Below are positions 1 through 12,280 of a stretch of 64,000 nucleotides of DNA, piece by piece (the first letter of the stretch is position 1; each line of letters starts with the position of its first letter). Position numbers and translations under genes: made by a program. The stretch lies in assembly GCA_964057225.1 (NCBI GenBank), contig OZ059894.1, positions 4,030,001 through 4,094,000 on the forward strand. Direction: 5' to 3'. Under the pieces are notes generated by a model. The model had not been told where the DNA came from. It did not search any database and saw only the letters and a list, made by a program, of their open reading frames with translations. The DNA is from Auanema rhodensis. Its lineage: Eukaryota > Animalia > Nematoda.

Positions 1-50
1 GTCTTTGCCTTGAAAAAAGGAATCTAAAAACATCTACTTTTTGCTAAATT

Positions 51-85
51 ATTTTGAAATTTTTCGAAAAAATTTTTGTCAAAAT
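51..85. other. Imperfect palindrome centred on TTTTTCGAAAAA (present in nearly every monomer)
   Basis: 60-71 TTTTTCGAAAAA is a perfect 12-bp palindrome; the outer arms ATTTTGA (51-57) and TCAAAAT (79-85) are reverse complements. Confidence 0.85.
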
Positions 86-98
86 GTTTTTGGAAGCA

Positions 99-126
99 AT
101 GTTGAGTGTACATGGAAACTCAACAT
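99..126. other. 9-bp inverted repeat with 10-nt spacer (per monomer)
   Basis: ATGTTGAGT (99-107) / ACTCAACAT (118-126), exact reverse complements. Confidence 0.9.
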
Positions 127-200
127 ACACTAATGCATCATTTTTCAAACGATCATAACTTATTTTTGTAACAAGCGTTTCTCAATGTAGTATAGTGCAT

Positions 201-267
201 TCGATGCGGATTTTTAAGCTGCGTCGATCTGTGTTATCAGATTTGCGCTAGCTTAAAAATGCACCGA
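201..267. other. Long imperfect inverted repeat / hairpin (per monomer)
   Basis: ATTTTTAAGCT (210-220) / AGCTTAAAAAT (250-260) is a perfect 11-bp pair. Inward: GCG/CGC and ATCTG (227-231) / CAGAT (238-242) with a 6-nt loop. Outward: TCGATGC (201-207) / GCACCGA (261-267), 6 of 7 matching. Confidence 0.9.
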
Positions 268-277
268 GATATCAACT

Positions 278-299
278 GATATAAGTTCACACTTATATC
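278..299. other. 9-bp inverted repeat with 4-nt loop (per monomer)
   Basis: GATATAAGT (278-286) - TCAC - ACTTATATC (291-299). Confidence 0.9.
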
Positions 300-3200
300 C
301 TCGATTTTCACCCTGAAGAATTAATTTTTTCGTTGAATAACATTGTCCATCGTCTTTGCCTTGAAAAAAGGAATCTAAAAACATCTACTTTTTGCTAAAT
401 TATTTTGAAATTTTTCGAAAAAATTTTTGTCAAAATGTTTTTGGAAGCAATGTTTAGTGTACATGGAAACTCAACATACACTAATGCATCATTTTTCAAA
501 CGATCATAACTAATTTTTGTATCAAGCGTTTCTTAATGTAGTATAGTGCATTCGATCCGGATTTTTAAGCTGCGTCGATCTGTGTTATCAGATTTGCGGT
601 AGCTTAAAAATGCACCGAGATATCAACTGATATAAGTTCACACTTATATCCTCGATTTTCACCCTGAAGAATTAATTTTTTCGTTGAATAACATTGTCCA
701 TCGTCTTTGCCTTGAAAAATGGAATCTAAAAACATCTACTTTTTGCTAAATTATTTTGAAATTTTTCGAAAAAATTTTTGTCAAAATGTTTTTGGAAGCA
801 ATGTTGAGTGTACATGGAAACTCAACATACACTAATGCATCATTTTTCAAACGATCATAACTAATTTTTGTATTAAGCGTTTCTCAATGTAGTATAGTGC
901 ATTCGATGCGGATTTTTAAGCTGCGTCGATCTGTGTTATCAGATTTGCGCTAGCTTAAAAATGCACCGAGATATCAACTGATATAAGTTCACACTTATAT
1001 CCTCGATTTTCACCCTGAAGAATTAATTTTTTCGTTGAATAACATTGTCCATCGTCTTTGCCTTGAAAAATGGAATCTAAAAACATCTACTTTTTGCTAA
1101 ATTATTTTGAAATTTTTCGAAAAAATTTTTGTCAAAATGTTTTTGGAAGCAATGTTGAGTGTACATGGAAACTCAACATACACTAATGCATCATTTTTCA
1201 AACGATCATAACTAATTTTTGTATCAAGCGTTTCTTAATGTAGTATAGTGCATTCGATTCGGATTTTTAAGCTGCGTCGATCTGTGTTATCAGATTTGCG
1301 CTAGCTTAAAAATGCACCGAGATATCAACTGATATAAGTTCACACTTATATCCTCGATTTTCACCCTGAAGAATTAATTTTTTCGTTGAATAACATTGTC
1401 CATCGTCTTTGCCTTGAAAAATGGAATCTAAAAACATCTACTTTTTGCTAAATTATTTTGAAATTTTTCGAAAAAATTTTTGTCAAAATGTTTTTGGAAG
1501 CAATGTTGAGTGTACATGGAAACTCAACATACACTAATGCATCATTTTTCAAACGATCATAACTAATTTTTGTATTAAGCGTTCTTCAATGTAGTATAGT
1601 GCATTCGATGCGGATTTTTAAGCTGCGTCGATCTGTGTTATCAGATTTGCGCTAGCTTAAAAATGCACCGAGATATCAACTGATATAAGTTCACACTTAT
1701 ATCCTCGATTTTCACCCTGAACAATTAATTTTTTCGTTGAATAACATTGTCCATCGTCTTTGCCTTGAAAAATGGAATCTAAAAACATCTACTTTTTGCT
1801 AAATTATTTTGAAATTTTTCGAAAAAATTTTTGTCAAAATGTTTTTGGAAGCAATGTTGAGTGTACATGGAAACTCAACATACACTAATGCATCATTTTT
1901 CAAACGATCATAACTAATTTTTGTATTAAGCGTTTCTCAATGTAGTATAGTGCATTCGATGCGGATTTTTAAGCTGCGTCGATCTGTGTTATCAGATTTG
2001 CGCTAGCTTAAAAATGCACCGAGATAGCAACTGATATAAGTTCACACTTATATCCTCGATTTTCACCCTGAAGAATTAATTTTTTCGTTGAATAACATTG
2101 TCCATCGTCTTTGCCTTGAAAAATGGAATCTAAAAACATCTACTTTTTGCTAAATTATTTTGAAATTTTTCGAAAACATTTTTGTCAAAATGTTTTTGGA
2201 AGCAATGTTGAGTGTACATGGAAACTCAACATACACTAATGCATCATTTTTCAAACGATCATAACTAATTTTTGTATTAAGCGTTCTTCAATGTAGTATA
2301 GTGCATTCGATGCGGATTTTCAAGCTGCGTCGATCTGTGTTATCAGATTTGCGCTAGCTTAAAAATGCACCGAGATATCAACTGATATAAGTTCACACTT
2401 ATATCCTCGATTTTCACCCTGAAGATTTTTTCGTTGAATAACATTGTCCATCGTCTTTGCCTTGAAAAAACGAATTTAAAAACATCTACTTTTTGCTAAA
2501 TTATTTTGAAATTTTTCGAAAAAATTTTTGTCAAAATGTTTTTGGAAGCAATGTTGAGTGTACATGGAAACTCAACATACACTAATGCATCATTTTTCAA
2601 ACGATCATAACTAATTTTTGTATTAAGCGTTTCTCAATGTAGTATAGTGCATTCGATGCGGATTTTTAAGCTGCGTCGATCTGTGTTATCAGATTTGCGC
2701 TAGCTTAAAAATGCACCGAGATATCAACTGATATAAGTTCACACTTATATCCTCGATTTTCACCCTGAAGAATTAATTTTTTCGTTGAATAACATTGTCC
2801 ATCGTCTTTGCCTTGAAAAAAGGAATCTAAAAACATCTACTTTTTGCTAAATTATTTCGAAATTTTTCGAAAAAATTTTTGTCAAAATGTTTTTGGAAGC
2901 AATGTTGAGTGTACATGGAAACTCAACATACACTAATGCATCATTTTTCAAACGATCATAACTAATTTTTGTATCAAGCGTTTCTTAATGTAGTATAGTG
3001 CATTCGATCCGGATTTTTAAGCTGCGTCGATCTGTGTTATCAGATTTGCGCTAGCTTAAAAATGCACCGAGATATCAACTGATATAAGTTCACACTTATA
3101 TCCTCGATTTTCACCCTGAAGAATTAATTTTTTCGTTGAATAACATTGTCCATCGTCTTTGCCTTGAAAAAAGGAATCTAAAAACATCTACTTTTTGCTA

Positions 3201-4909
3201 AATTATTTTGAAATTTTTCGAAAAAATTTTTGTCAAAATGTTTTTGGAAGCAATGTTGAGTGTACATGGAAACTCAACATACACTAATGCATCATTTTTC
3301 AAACGATCATAACTAATTTTTGTATTAAGCGTTCTTCAATGTAGTATAGTGCATTCGATGCGGATTTTTAAGCTGCGTCGATCTGTGTTATCAGATTTGC
3401 GCTAGCTTAAAAATGCACCGAGATATCAACTGATATAAGTTCACACTTATATCCTCGATTTTCACCCTGAAGAATTAATTTTTTCGTTGAATAACATTGT
3501 CCATCGTCTTTGCCTTGAAAAATGGAATCTAAAAACATCTACTTTTTGCTAAATTATTTTGAAATTTTTCGAAAAAATTTTTGTCAAAATGTTTTTGGAA
3601 GCAATGTTGAGTGTACATGGAAACTCAACATACACTAATGCATCATTTTTCAAACGATCATAACTAATTTTTGTATTAAGCGTTTCTCAATGTAGTATAG
3701 TGCATTCGATGCGGATTTTTAAGCTGCGTCGATCTGTGTTATCAGATTTGCGCTAGCTTAAAAATGCACCGAGATATCAACTGATATAAGTTCACACTTA
3801 TATCCTCGATTTTCACCCTGAAGAATTAATTTTTTCGTTGAATAACATTGTCCATCGTCTTTGCCTTGAAAAATGGAATCTAAAAACATCTACTTTTTGC
3901 TAAATTATTTTGAAATTTTTCGAAAAAATTTTTGTCAAAATGTTTTTGGAAGCAATGTTGAGTGTACATGGAAACTCAACATACACTAATGCATCATTTT
4001 TCAAACGATCATAACTAATTTTTGTATTAAGCGTTCTTCAATGTAGTATAGTGCATTCGATGCGGATTTTTAAGCTGCGTCGATCTGTGTTATCAGATTT
4101 GCGCTAGCTTAAAAATGCACCGAGATATCAACTGATATAAGTTCACACTTATATCCTCGATTTTCACCCTGAAGAATTAATTTTTTCGTTGAATAACATT
4201 GTCCATCGTCTTTGCCTTGAAAAAAGGAATCTAAAAACATCTACTTTTTGCTAAATTATTTTGAAATTTTTCGAAAAAATTTTTGTCAAAATGTTTTTGG
4301 AAGCAATGTTGAGTGTACATGGAAACTCAACATACACTAATGCATCATTTTTCAAACGATCATAACTAATTTTTGTATCAAGCGTTTCTTAATGTAGTAT
4401 AGTGCATTCGATCCGGATTTTTAAGCTGCGTCGATCTGTGTTATCAGATTTGCGCTAGCTTAAAAATGCACCGAGATATCAACTGATATAAGTTCACACT
4501 TATATCCTCGATTTTCACCCTGAAGAATTAATTTTTTCGTTGAATAACATTGTCCATCGTCTTTGCCTTGAAAAAAGGAATCTAAAAACATCTACTTTTT
4601 GCTAAATTATTTTGAAATTTTTCGAAAAAATTTTTGTCAAAATGTTTTTGGAAGCAATGTTGAGTGTACATGGAAACTCAACATACACTAATGCATCATT
4701 TTTCAAACGATCATAACTAATTTTTGTATTAAGCGTTCTTCAATGTAGTATAGTGCATTCGAAGCGGATTTTTAAGCTGCGTCGATCTGTGTTATCAGAT
4801 TTGCGCTAGCTTAAAAATGCACCGAGATATCAACTGATATAAGTTCACACTTATATCCTCGATTTTCACCCTGAAGAATTAATTTTTTCGTTGAATAACA
4901 TTGTCCATC

Positions 4910-7900
4910 GTCTTTGCCTTGAAAAAAGGAATTTAAAAACATCTACTTTTTGCTAAATTATTTTGAAATTTTTCGAAAAAATTTTTGTCAAAATGTTTTT
5001 GGAAGCAATGTTGAGTGTACATGGAAACTCAACATACACTAATGCATCATTTTTCAAACGATCATAACTAATTTTTGTATCAAGCGTTTCTTAATGTAGT
5101 ATAGTGCATTCGATCCGGATTTTTAAGCTGCGTCGATCTGTGTTATCAGATTTGCGCTAGCTTAAAAATGCACCGAGATATCAACTGATATAAGTTCACA
5201 CTTATATCCTCGATTTTCACCCTGAAGAATTAATTTTTTCGTTGAATAACATTGTCCATCGTCTTTGCCTTGAAAAATGGAATCTAAAAACATCTACTTT
5301 TTGCTAAATTATTTTGAAATTTTTCGAAAAAATTTTTGTCAAAATGTTTTTGGAAGCAATGTTGAGTGTACATGGAAACTCAACATACACTAATGCATCA
5401 TTTTTCAAACGATCATAACTAATTTTTGTATTAAGCGTTCTTCAATGTAGTATAGTGCATTCGATGCGGATTTTTAAGCTGCGTCGATCTGTGTTATCAG
5501 ATTTGCGCTAGCTTAAAAATGCACCGAGATATCAACTGATATAAGTTCACACTTATATCCTCGATTTTCACCCTGAAGAATTAATTTTTTCGTTGAATAA
5601 CATTGTCCATCGTCTTTGCCTTGAAAAAAGGAATTTAAAAACATCTACTTTTTGCTAAATTATTTTGAAATTTTTCGAAAAAATTTTTGTCAAAATGTTT
5701 TTGGAAGCAATGTTGAGTGTACATGGAAACTCAACATACACTAATGCATCATTTTTCAAACGATCATAACTAATTTTTGTATCAAGCGTTTCTTAATGTA
5801 GTATAGTGCATTCGATCCGGATTTTTAAGCTGCGTCGATCTGTGTTATCAGATTTGCGCTAGCTTAAAAATGCACCGAGATATCAACTGATATAAGTTCA
5901 CACTTATATCCTCGATTTTCACCCTGAAGAATTAATTTTTTCGTTGAATAACATTGTCCATCGTCTTTGCCTTGAAAAAAGGAATTTAAAAACATCTACT
6001 TTTTGCTAAATTATTTTGAAATTTTTCGAAAAAATTTTTGTCAAAATGTTTTTGGAAGCAATGTTGAGTGTACATGGAAACTCAACATACACTAATGCAT
6101 CATTTTTCAAACGATCATAACTAATTTTTGTATCAAGCGTTTCTTAATGTAGTATAGTGCATTCGATCCGGATTTTTAAGCTGCGTCGATCTGTGTTATC
6201 AGATTTGCGCTAGCTTAAAAATGCACCGAGATATCAACTGATATAAGTTCACACATATATCCTCGATTTTCACCCTGAAGAATTAATTTTTTCGTTGAAT
6301 AACATTGTCCATCGTCTTTGCCTTGAAAAATGGAATCTAAAAACATCTACTTTTTGCTAAATTATTTTGAAATTTTTCGAAAAAAATTTTGTCAAAATGT
6401 TTTTGGAAGCAATGTTGAGTGTACATGGAAACTCAACATACACTAATGCATCATTTTTCAAACGATCATAACTAATTTTTGTATTGAGCGTTCTTCAATG
6501 TAGTATAGTGCATTCGATGCGGATTTTTAAGCTGCGTCGATCTGTGTTATCAGATTTGCGCTAGCTTAAAAATGCACCGAGATATCAACTGATATAAGTT
6601 CACACTTATATCCTCGATTTTCACCCTGAAGAATTAATTTTTTCGTTGAATAACATTGTCCATCGTCTTTGCCTTAAAAAAAGGAATTTAAAAACATCTA
6701 CTTTTTGCTAAATTATTTTGAAATTTTTCGAAAAAATTTTTGTCAAAATGTTTTTGGAAGCAATGTTGAGTGTACATGGAAACTCAACATACACTAATGC
6801 ATCATTTTTCAAACGATCATAACTAATTTTTGTATCAAGCGTTTCTTAATGTAGTATAGTGCATTCGATCCGGATTTTTAAGCTGCGTCGATCTGTGTTA
6901 TCAGATTTGCGCTAGCTTAAAAATGCACCGAGATATCAACTGATATAAGTTCACACTTATATCCTCGATTTTCACCCTGAAGAATTAATTTTTTCGTTGA
7001 ATAACATTGTCCATCGTCTTTGCCTTGAAAAAAGGAATTTAAAAACATCTACTTTTTGCTAAATTATTTTGAAATTTTTCGAAAAAATTTTTGTCAAAAT
7101 GTTTTTGGAAGCAATGTTGAGTGTACATGGAAACTCAACATACACTAATGCATCATTTTTCAAACGATCATAACTAATTTTTGTATCAAGCGTTTCTTAA
7201 TGTAGTATAGTGCATTCGATCCGGATTTTTAAGCTGCGTCGATCTGTGTTATCAGATTTGCGCTAGCTTAAAAATGCACCGAGATATCAACTGATATAAG
7301 TTCACACTTATATCCTCGATTTTCACCCTGAAGAATTAATTTTTTCGTTGAATAACATTGTCCATCGTCTTTGCCTTGAAAAAAGGAATTTAAAAACATC
7401 TACTTTTTGCTAAATTATTTTGAAATTTTTCGAAAAAATTTTTGTCAAAATGTTTTTGGAAGCAATGTTGAGTGTACATGGAAACTCAACATACACTAAT
7501 GCATCATTTTTCAAACGATCATAACTAATTTTTGTATCAAGCGTTTCTTAATGTAGTATAGTGCATTCGATCCGGATTTTTAAGCTGCGTCGATCTGTGT
7601 TATCAGATTTGCGCTAGCTTAAAAATGCACCGAGATATCAACTGATATAAGTTCACACTTATATCCTCGATTTTCACCCTGAAGAATTAATTTTTTCGTT
7701 GAATAACATTGTCCATCGTCTTTGCCTTGAAAAATGGAATCTAAAAACATCTACTTTTTGCTAAATTATTTTGAAATTTTTCGAAAAAATTTTTGTCAAA
7801 ATGTTTTTGGAAGCAATGTTGAGTGTACATGGAAACTCAACATACACTAATGCATCATTTTTCAAACGATCATAACTAATTTTTGTATTAAGCGTTCTTC

Positions 7901-10876
7901 AATGTAGTATAGTGCATTCGATGCGGATTTTTAAGCTGCGTCGATCTGTGTTATCAGATTTGCGCTAGCTTAAAAATGCACCGAGATATCAACTGATATA
8001 AGTTCACACTTATATCCTCGATTTTCACCCTGAAGAATTAATTTTTTCGTTGAATAACATTGTCCATCGTCTTTGCCTTGAAAAAAGGAATTTAAAAACA
8101 TCTACTTTTTGCTAAATTATTTTGAAATTTTTCGAAAAAATTTTTGTCAAAATGTTTTTGGAAGCAATGTTGAGTGTACATGGAAACTCAACATACACTA
8201 ATGCATCATTTTTCAAACGATCATAACTAATTTTTGTATCAAGCGTTTCTTAATGTAGTATAGTGCATTCGATCCGGATTTTTAAGCTGCGTCGATCTGT
8301 GTTATCAGATTTGCGCTAGCTTAAAAATGCACCGAGATATCAACTGATATAAGTTCACACTTATATCCTCGATTTTCACCCTGAAGAATTAATTTTTTCG
8401 TTGAATAACATTGTCCATCGTCTTTGCCTTGAAAAATGGAATCTAAAAACATCTACTTTTTGCTAAATTATTTTGAAATTTTTCGAAAAAATTTTTGTCA
8501 AAATGTTTTTGGAAGCAATGTTGAGTGTACATGGAAACTCAACATACACTAATGCATCATTTTTCAAACGATCATAACTAATTTTTGTATTAAGCGTTCT
8601 TCAATGTAGTATAGTGCATTCGATGCGGATTTTTAAGCTGCGTCGATCTGTGTTATCAGATTTGCGCTAGCTTAAAAATGCACCGAGATATCAACTGATA
8701 TAAGTTCACACTTATATCCTCGATTTTCACCCTGAAGAATTAATTTTTTCGTTGAATAACATTGTCCATCGTCTTTGCCTTGAAAAAAGGAATTTAAAAA
8801 CATCTACTTTTTGCTAAATTATTTTGAAATTTTTCGAAAACATTTTTGTCAAAATGTTTTTGGAAGCAATGTTGAGTGTACATGGAAACTCAACATACAC
8901 TAATGCATCATTTTTCAAACGATCATAACTAATTTTTGTATCAAGCGTTTCTTAATGTAGTATAGTGCATTCGATCCGGATTTTTAAGCTGCGTCGATCT
9001 GTGTTATCAGATTTGCGCTAGCTTAAAAATGCACCGAGATATCAACTGATATAAGTTCACACTTATATCCTCGATTTTCACCCTGAAGAATTAATTTTTT
9101 CGTTGAATAACATTGTCCATCGTCTTTGCCTTGAAAAAAGGAATTTAAAAACATCTACTTTTTGCTAAATTATTTTGAAATTTTTCGAAAAAATTTTTGT
9201 CAAAATGTTTTTGGAAGCAATGTTGAGTGTACATGGAAACTCAACATACACTAATGCATCATTTTTCAAACGATCATAACTAATTTTTGTATCAAGCGTT
9301 TCTTAATGTAGTATAGTGCATTCGATCCGGATTTTTAAGCTGCGTCGATCTGTGTTATCAGATTTGCGCTAGCTTAAAAATGCACCGAGATATCAACTGA
9401 TATAAGTTCACACTTATATCCTCGATTTTCACCCTGAAGAATTAATTTTTTCGTTGAATAACATTGTCCATCGTCTTTGCCTTGAAAAATGGAATCTAAA
9501 AACATCTACTTTTTGCTAAATTATTTTGAAATTTTTCGAAAAAATTTTTGTCAAAATGTTTTTGGAAGCAATGTTGAGTGTACATGGAAACTCAACATAC
9601 ACTAATGCATCATTTTTCAAACGATCATAACTAATTTTTGTATTAAGCGTTCTTCAATGTAGTATAGTGCATTCGATGCGGATTTTTAAGCTGCGTCGAT
9701 CTGTGTTATCAGATTTGCGCTAGCTTAAAAATGCACCGAGATATCAACTGATATAAGTTCACACTTATATCCTCGATTTTCACCCTGAAGAATTAATTTT
9801 TTCGTTGAATAACATTGTCCATCGTCTTTGCCTTGAAAAAAGGAATTTAAAAACATCTACTTTTTGCTAAATTATTTTGAAATTTTTCGAAAAAATTTTT
9901 GTCAAAATGTTTTTGGAAGCAATGTTGAGTGTACATGGAAACTCAACATACACTAATGCATCATTTTTCAAACGATCATAACTAATTTTTGTATCAAGCG
10001 TTTCTTAATGTAGTATAGTGCATTCGATCCGGATTTTTAAGCTGCGTCGATCTGTGTTATCAGATTTGCGCTAGCTTAAAAATGCACCGAGATATCAACT
10101 GATATAAGTTCACACTTATATCCTCGATTTTCACCCTGAAGAATTAATTTTTTCGTTGAATAACATTGTCCATCGTCTTTGCCTTGAAAAATGGAATCTA
10201 AAAACATCTACTTTTTGCTAAATTATTTTGAAATTTTTCGAAAAAATTTTTGTCAAAATGTTTTTGGAAGCAATGTTGAGTGTACATGGAAACTCAACAT
10301 ACACTAATGCATCATTTTTCAAACGATCATAACTAATTTTTGTATTAAGCGTTCTTCAATGTAGTATAGTGCATTCGATGCGGATTTTTAAGCTGCGTCG
10401 ATCTGTGTTATCAGATTTGCGCTAGCTTAAAAATGCACCGAGATATCAACTGATATAAGTTCACACTTATATCCTCGATTTTCACCCTGAAGAATTAATT
10501 TTTTCGTTGAATAACATTGTCCATCGTCTTTGCCTTGAAAAAAGGAATTTAAAAACATCTACTTTTTGCTAAATTATTTTGAAATTTTTCGAAAAAATTT
10601 TTGTCAAAATGTTTTTGGAAGCAATGTTGAGTGTACATGGAAACTCAACATACACTAATGCATCATTTTTCAAACGATCATAACTAATTTTTGTATCAAG
10701 CGTTTCTTAATGTAGTATAGTGCATTCGATCCGGATTTTTAAGCTGCGTCGATCTGTGTTATCAGATTTGCGCTAGCTTAAAAATGCACCGAGATATCAA
10801 CTGATATAAGTTCACACTTATATCCTCGATTTTCACCCTGAAGAATTAATTTTTTCGTTGAATAACATTGTCCATC
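4910..10876. repeat. Sub-domain of two interspersed monomer variants (irregular A/B dimer pattern)
   Basis: Type A (AAATGGAATCT; ATTAAGCGTTCTTC; GATGCGG) at 5261, 6314, 7718, 8420, 9473, 10175. Type B (AAAAGGAATTT; ATCAAGCGTTTCTT; GATCCGG) at the other monomers. Confidence 0.8.
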
Positions 10877-12280
10877 GTCTTTGCCTTGAAAAATGGAATC
10901 TAAAAACATCTACTTTTTGCTAAATTATTTTGAAATTTTTCGAAAAAATTTTTGTCAAAATGTTTTTGGAAGCAATGTTGAGTGTACATGGAAACTCAAC
11001 ATACACTAATGCATCATTTTTCAAACGATCATAACTAATTTTTGTATCAAGCGTTTTTTAATGTAGTATAGTGCATTCGATCCGGATTTTTAAGCTGCGT
11101 CGATCTGTGTTATCAGATTTGCGCTAGCTTAAAAATGCACCGAGATATCAACTGATATAAGTTCACACTTATATCCTCGATTTTCACCCTGAAGAATTAA
11201 TTTTTTCGTTGAATAACATTGTCCATCGTCTTTGCCTTGAAAAAAGGAATCTAAAAACATCTACTTTTTGCTAAATTATTTTGAAATTTTTCGAAAAAAT
11301 TTTTGTCAAAATGTTTTTGGAAGCAATGTTGAGTGTACATGGAAACTCAACATACACTAATGCATCATTTTTCAAACGATCATAACTAATTTTTGTTTTA
11401 AGCGTTTTTCAATGTAGTATAGTGCATTCGATGCGGATTTTTAAGCTGCGTCGATCTGTGTTATCAGATTTGCGCTAGCTTAAAAATGCACCGAGATATC
11501 AACTGATATAAGTTCACACTTATATCCTCGATTTTCACCCTGAAGAATTAATTTTTTCGTTGAATAACATTGTCCATCGTCTTTGCCTTGAAAAATGGAA
11601 TCTAAAAACATCTACTTTTTGCTAAATTATTTTGAAATTTTTCGAAAAAATTTTTGTCAAAATGTTTTTGGAAGCAATGTTGAGTGTACATGGAAACTCA
11701 ACATACACTAATGCATCATTTTTCAAACGATCATAACTAATTTTTGTATTAAGCGTTCTTCAATGTAGTATAGTGCATTCGATGCGGATTTTTAAGCTGC
11801 GTCGATCTGTGTTATCAGATTTGCGCTAGCTTAAAAATGCACCGAGATATCAACTGATATAAGTTCACACTTATATCCTCGATTTTCACCCTGAAGAATT
11901 AATTTTTTCGTTGAATAACATTGTCCATCGTCTTTGCCTTGAAAAAAGGAATCTAAAAACATCTACTTTTTGCTAAATTATTTTGAAATTTTTCGAAAAA
12001 ATTTTTGTCAAAATGTTTTTGGAAGCAATGTTGAGTGTACATGGAAACTCAACATACACTAATGCATCATTTTTCAAACGATCATAACTAATTTTTGTAT
12101 CAAGCGTTTCTTAATGTAGTATAGTGCATTCGATCCGGATTTTTAAGCTGCGTCGATCTGTGTTATCAGATTTGCGCTAGCTTAAAAATGCACCGAGATA
12201 TCAACTGATATAAGTTCACACTTATATCCTCGATTTTCACCCTGAAGAATTAATTTTTTCGTTGAATAACATTGTCCATC

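Larger units (their letters stand above)
1..351. repeat. Representative 351-bp monomer (arbitrary phase), ~31.6% GC
   Basis: Hand count 111 G+C in 351 bp; the next copy starts at 352. Confidence 0.97.

Noticed and set aside
201-303. Hairpins as bacterial rho-independent terminators or operators
   Set aside because: The stems are AT-rich, there is no gene context, and the array organisation is that of eukaryotic satellite DNA.
1-351. Tandem RNA gene unit (5S rDNA, tRNA, snRNA, spliced-leader RNA)
   Set aside because: I recognise no 5S, tRNA cloverleaf, Pol III box A/B/C or known spliced-leader sequence on either strand. An Infernal/Rfam scan of a dimer would settle it.
1-351. Monomer as a diverged dimer of ~175-bp subunits
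   Set aside because: No convincing similarity between the two halves by eye beyond A/T tracts. A sensitive self-alignment could still detect ancient homology.
1-351. Canonical CENP-B box
   Set aside because: TTCG occurs several times, but I found no TTCGNNNNANNCGGG match on either strand.
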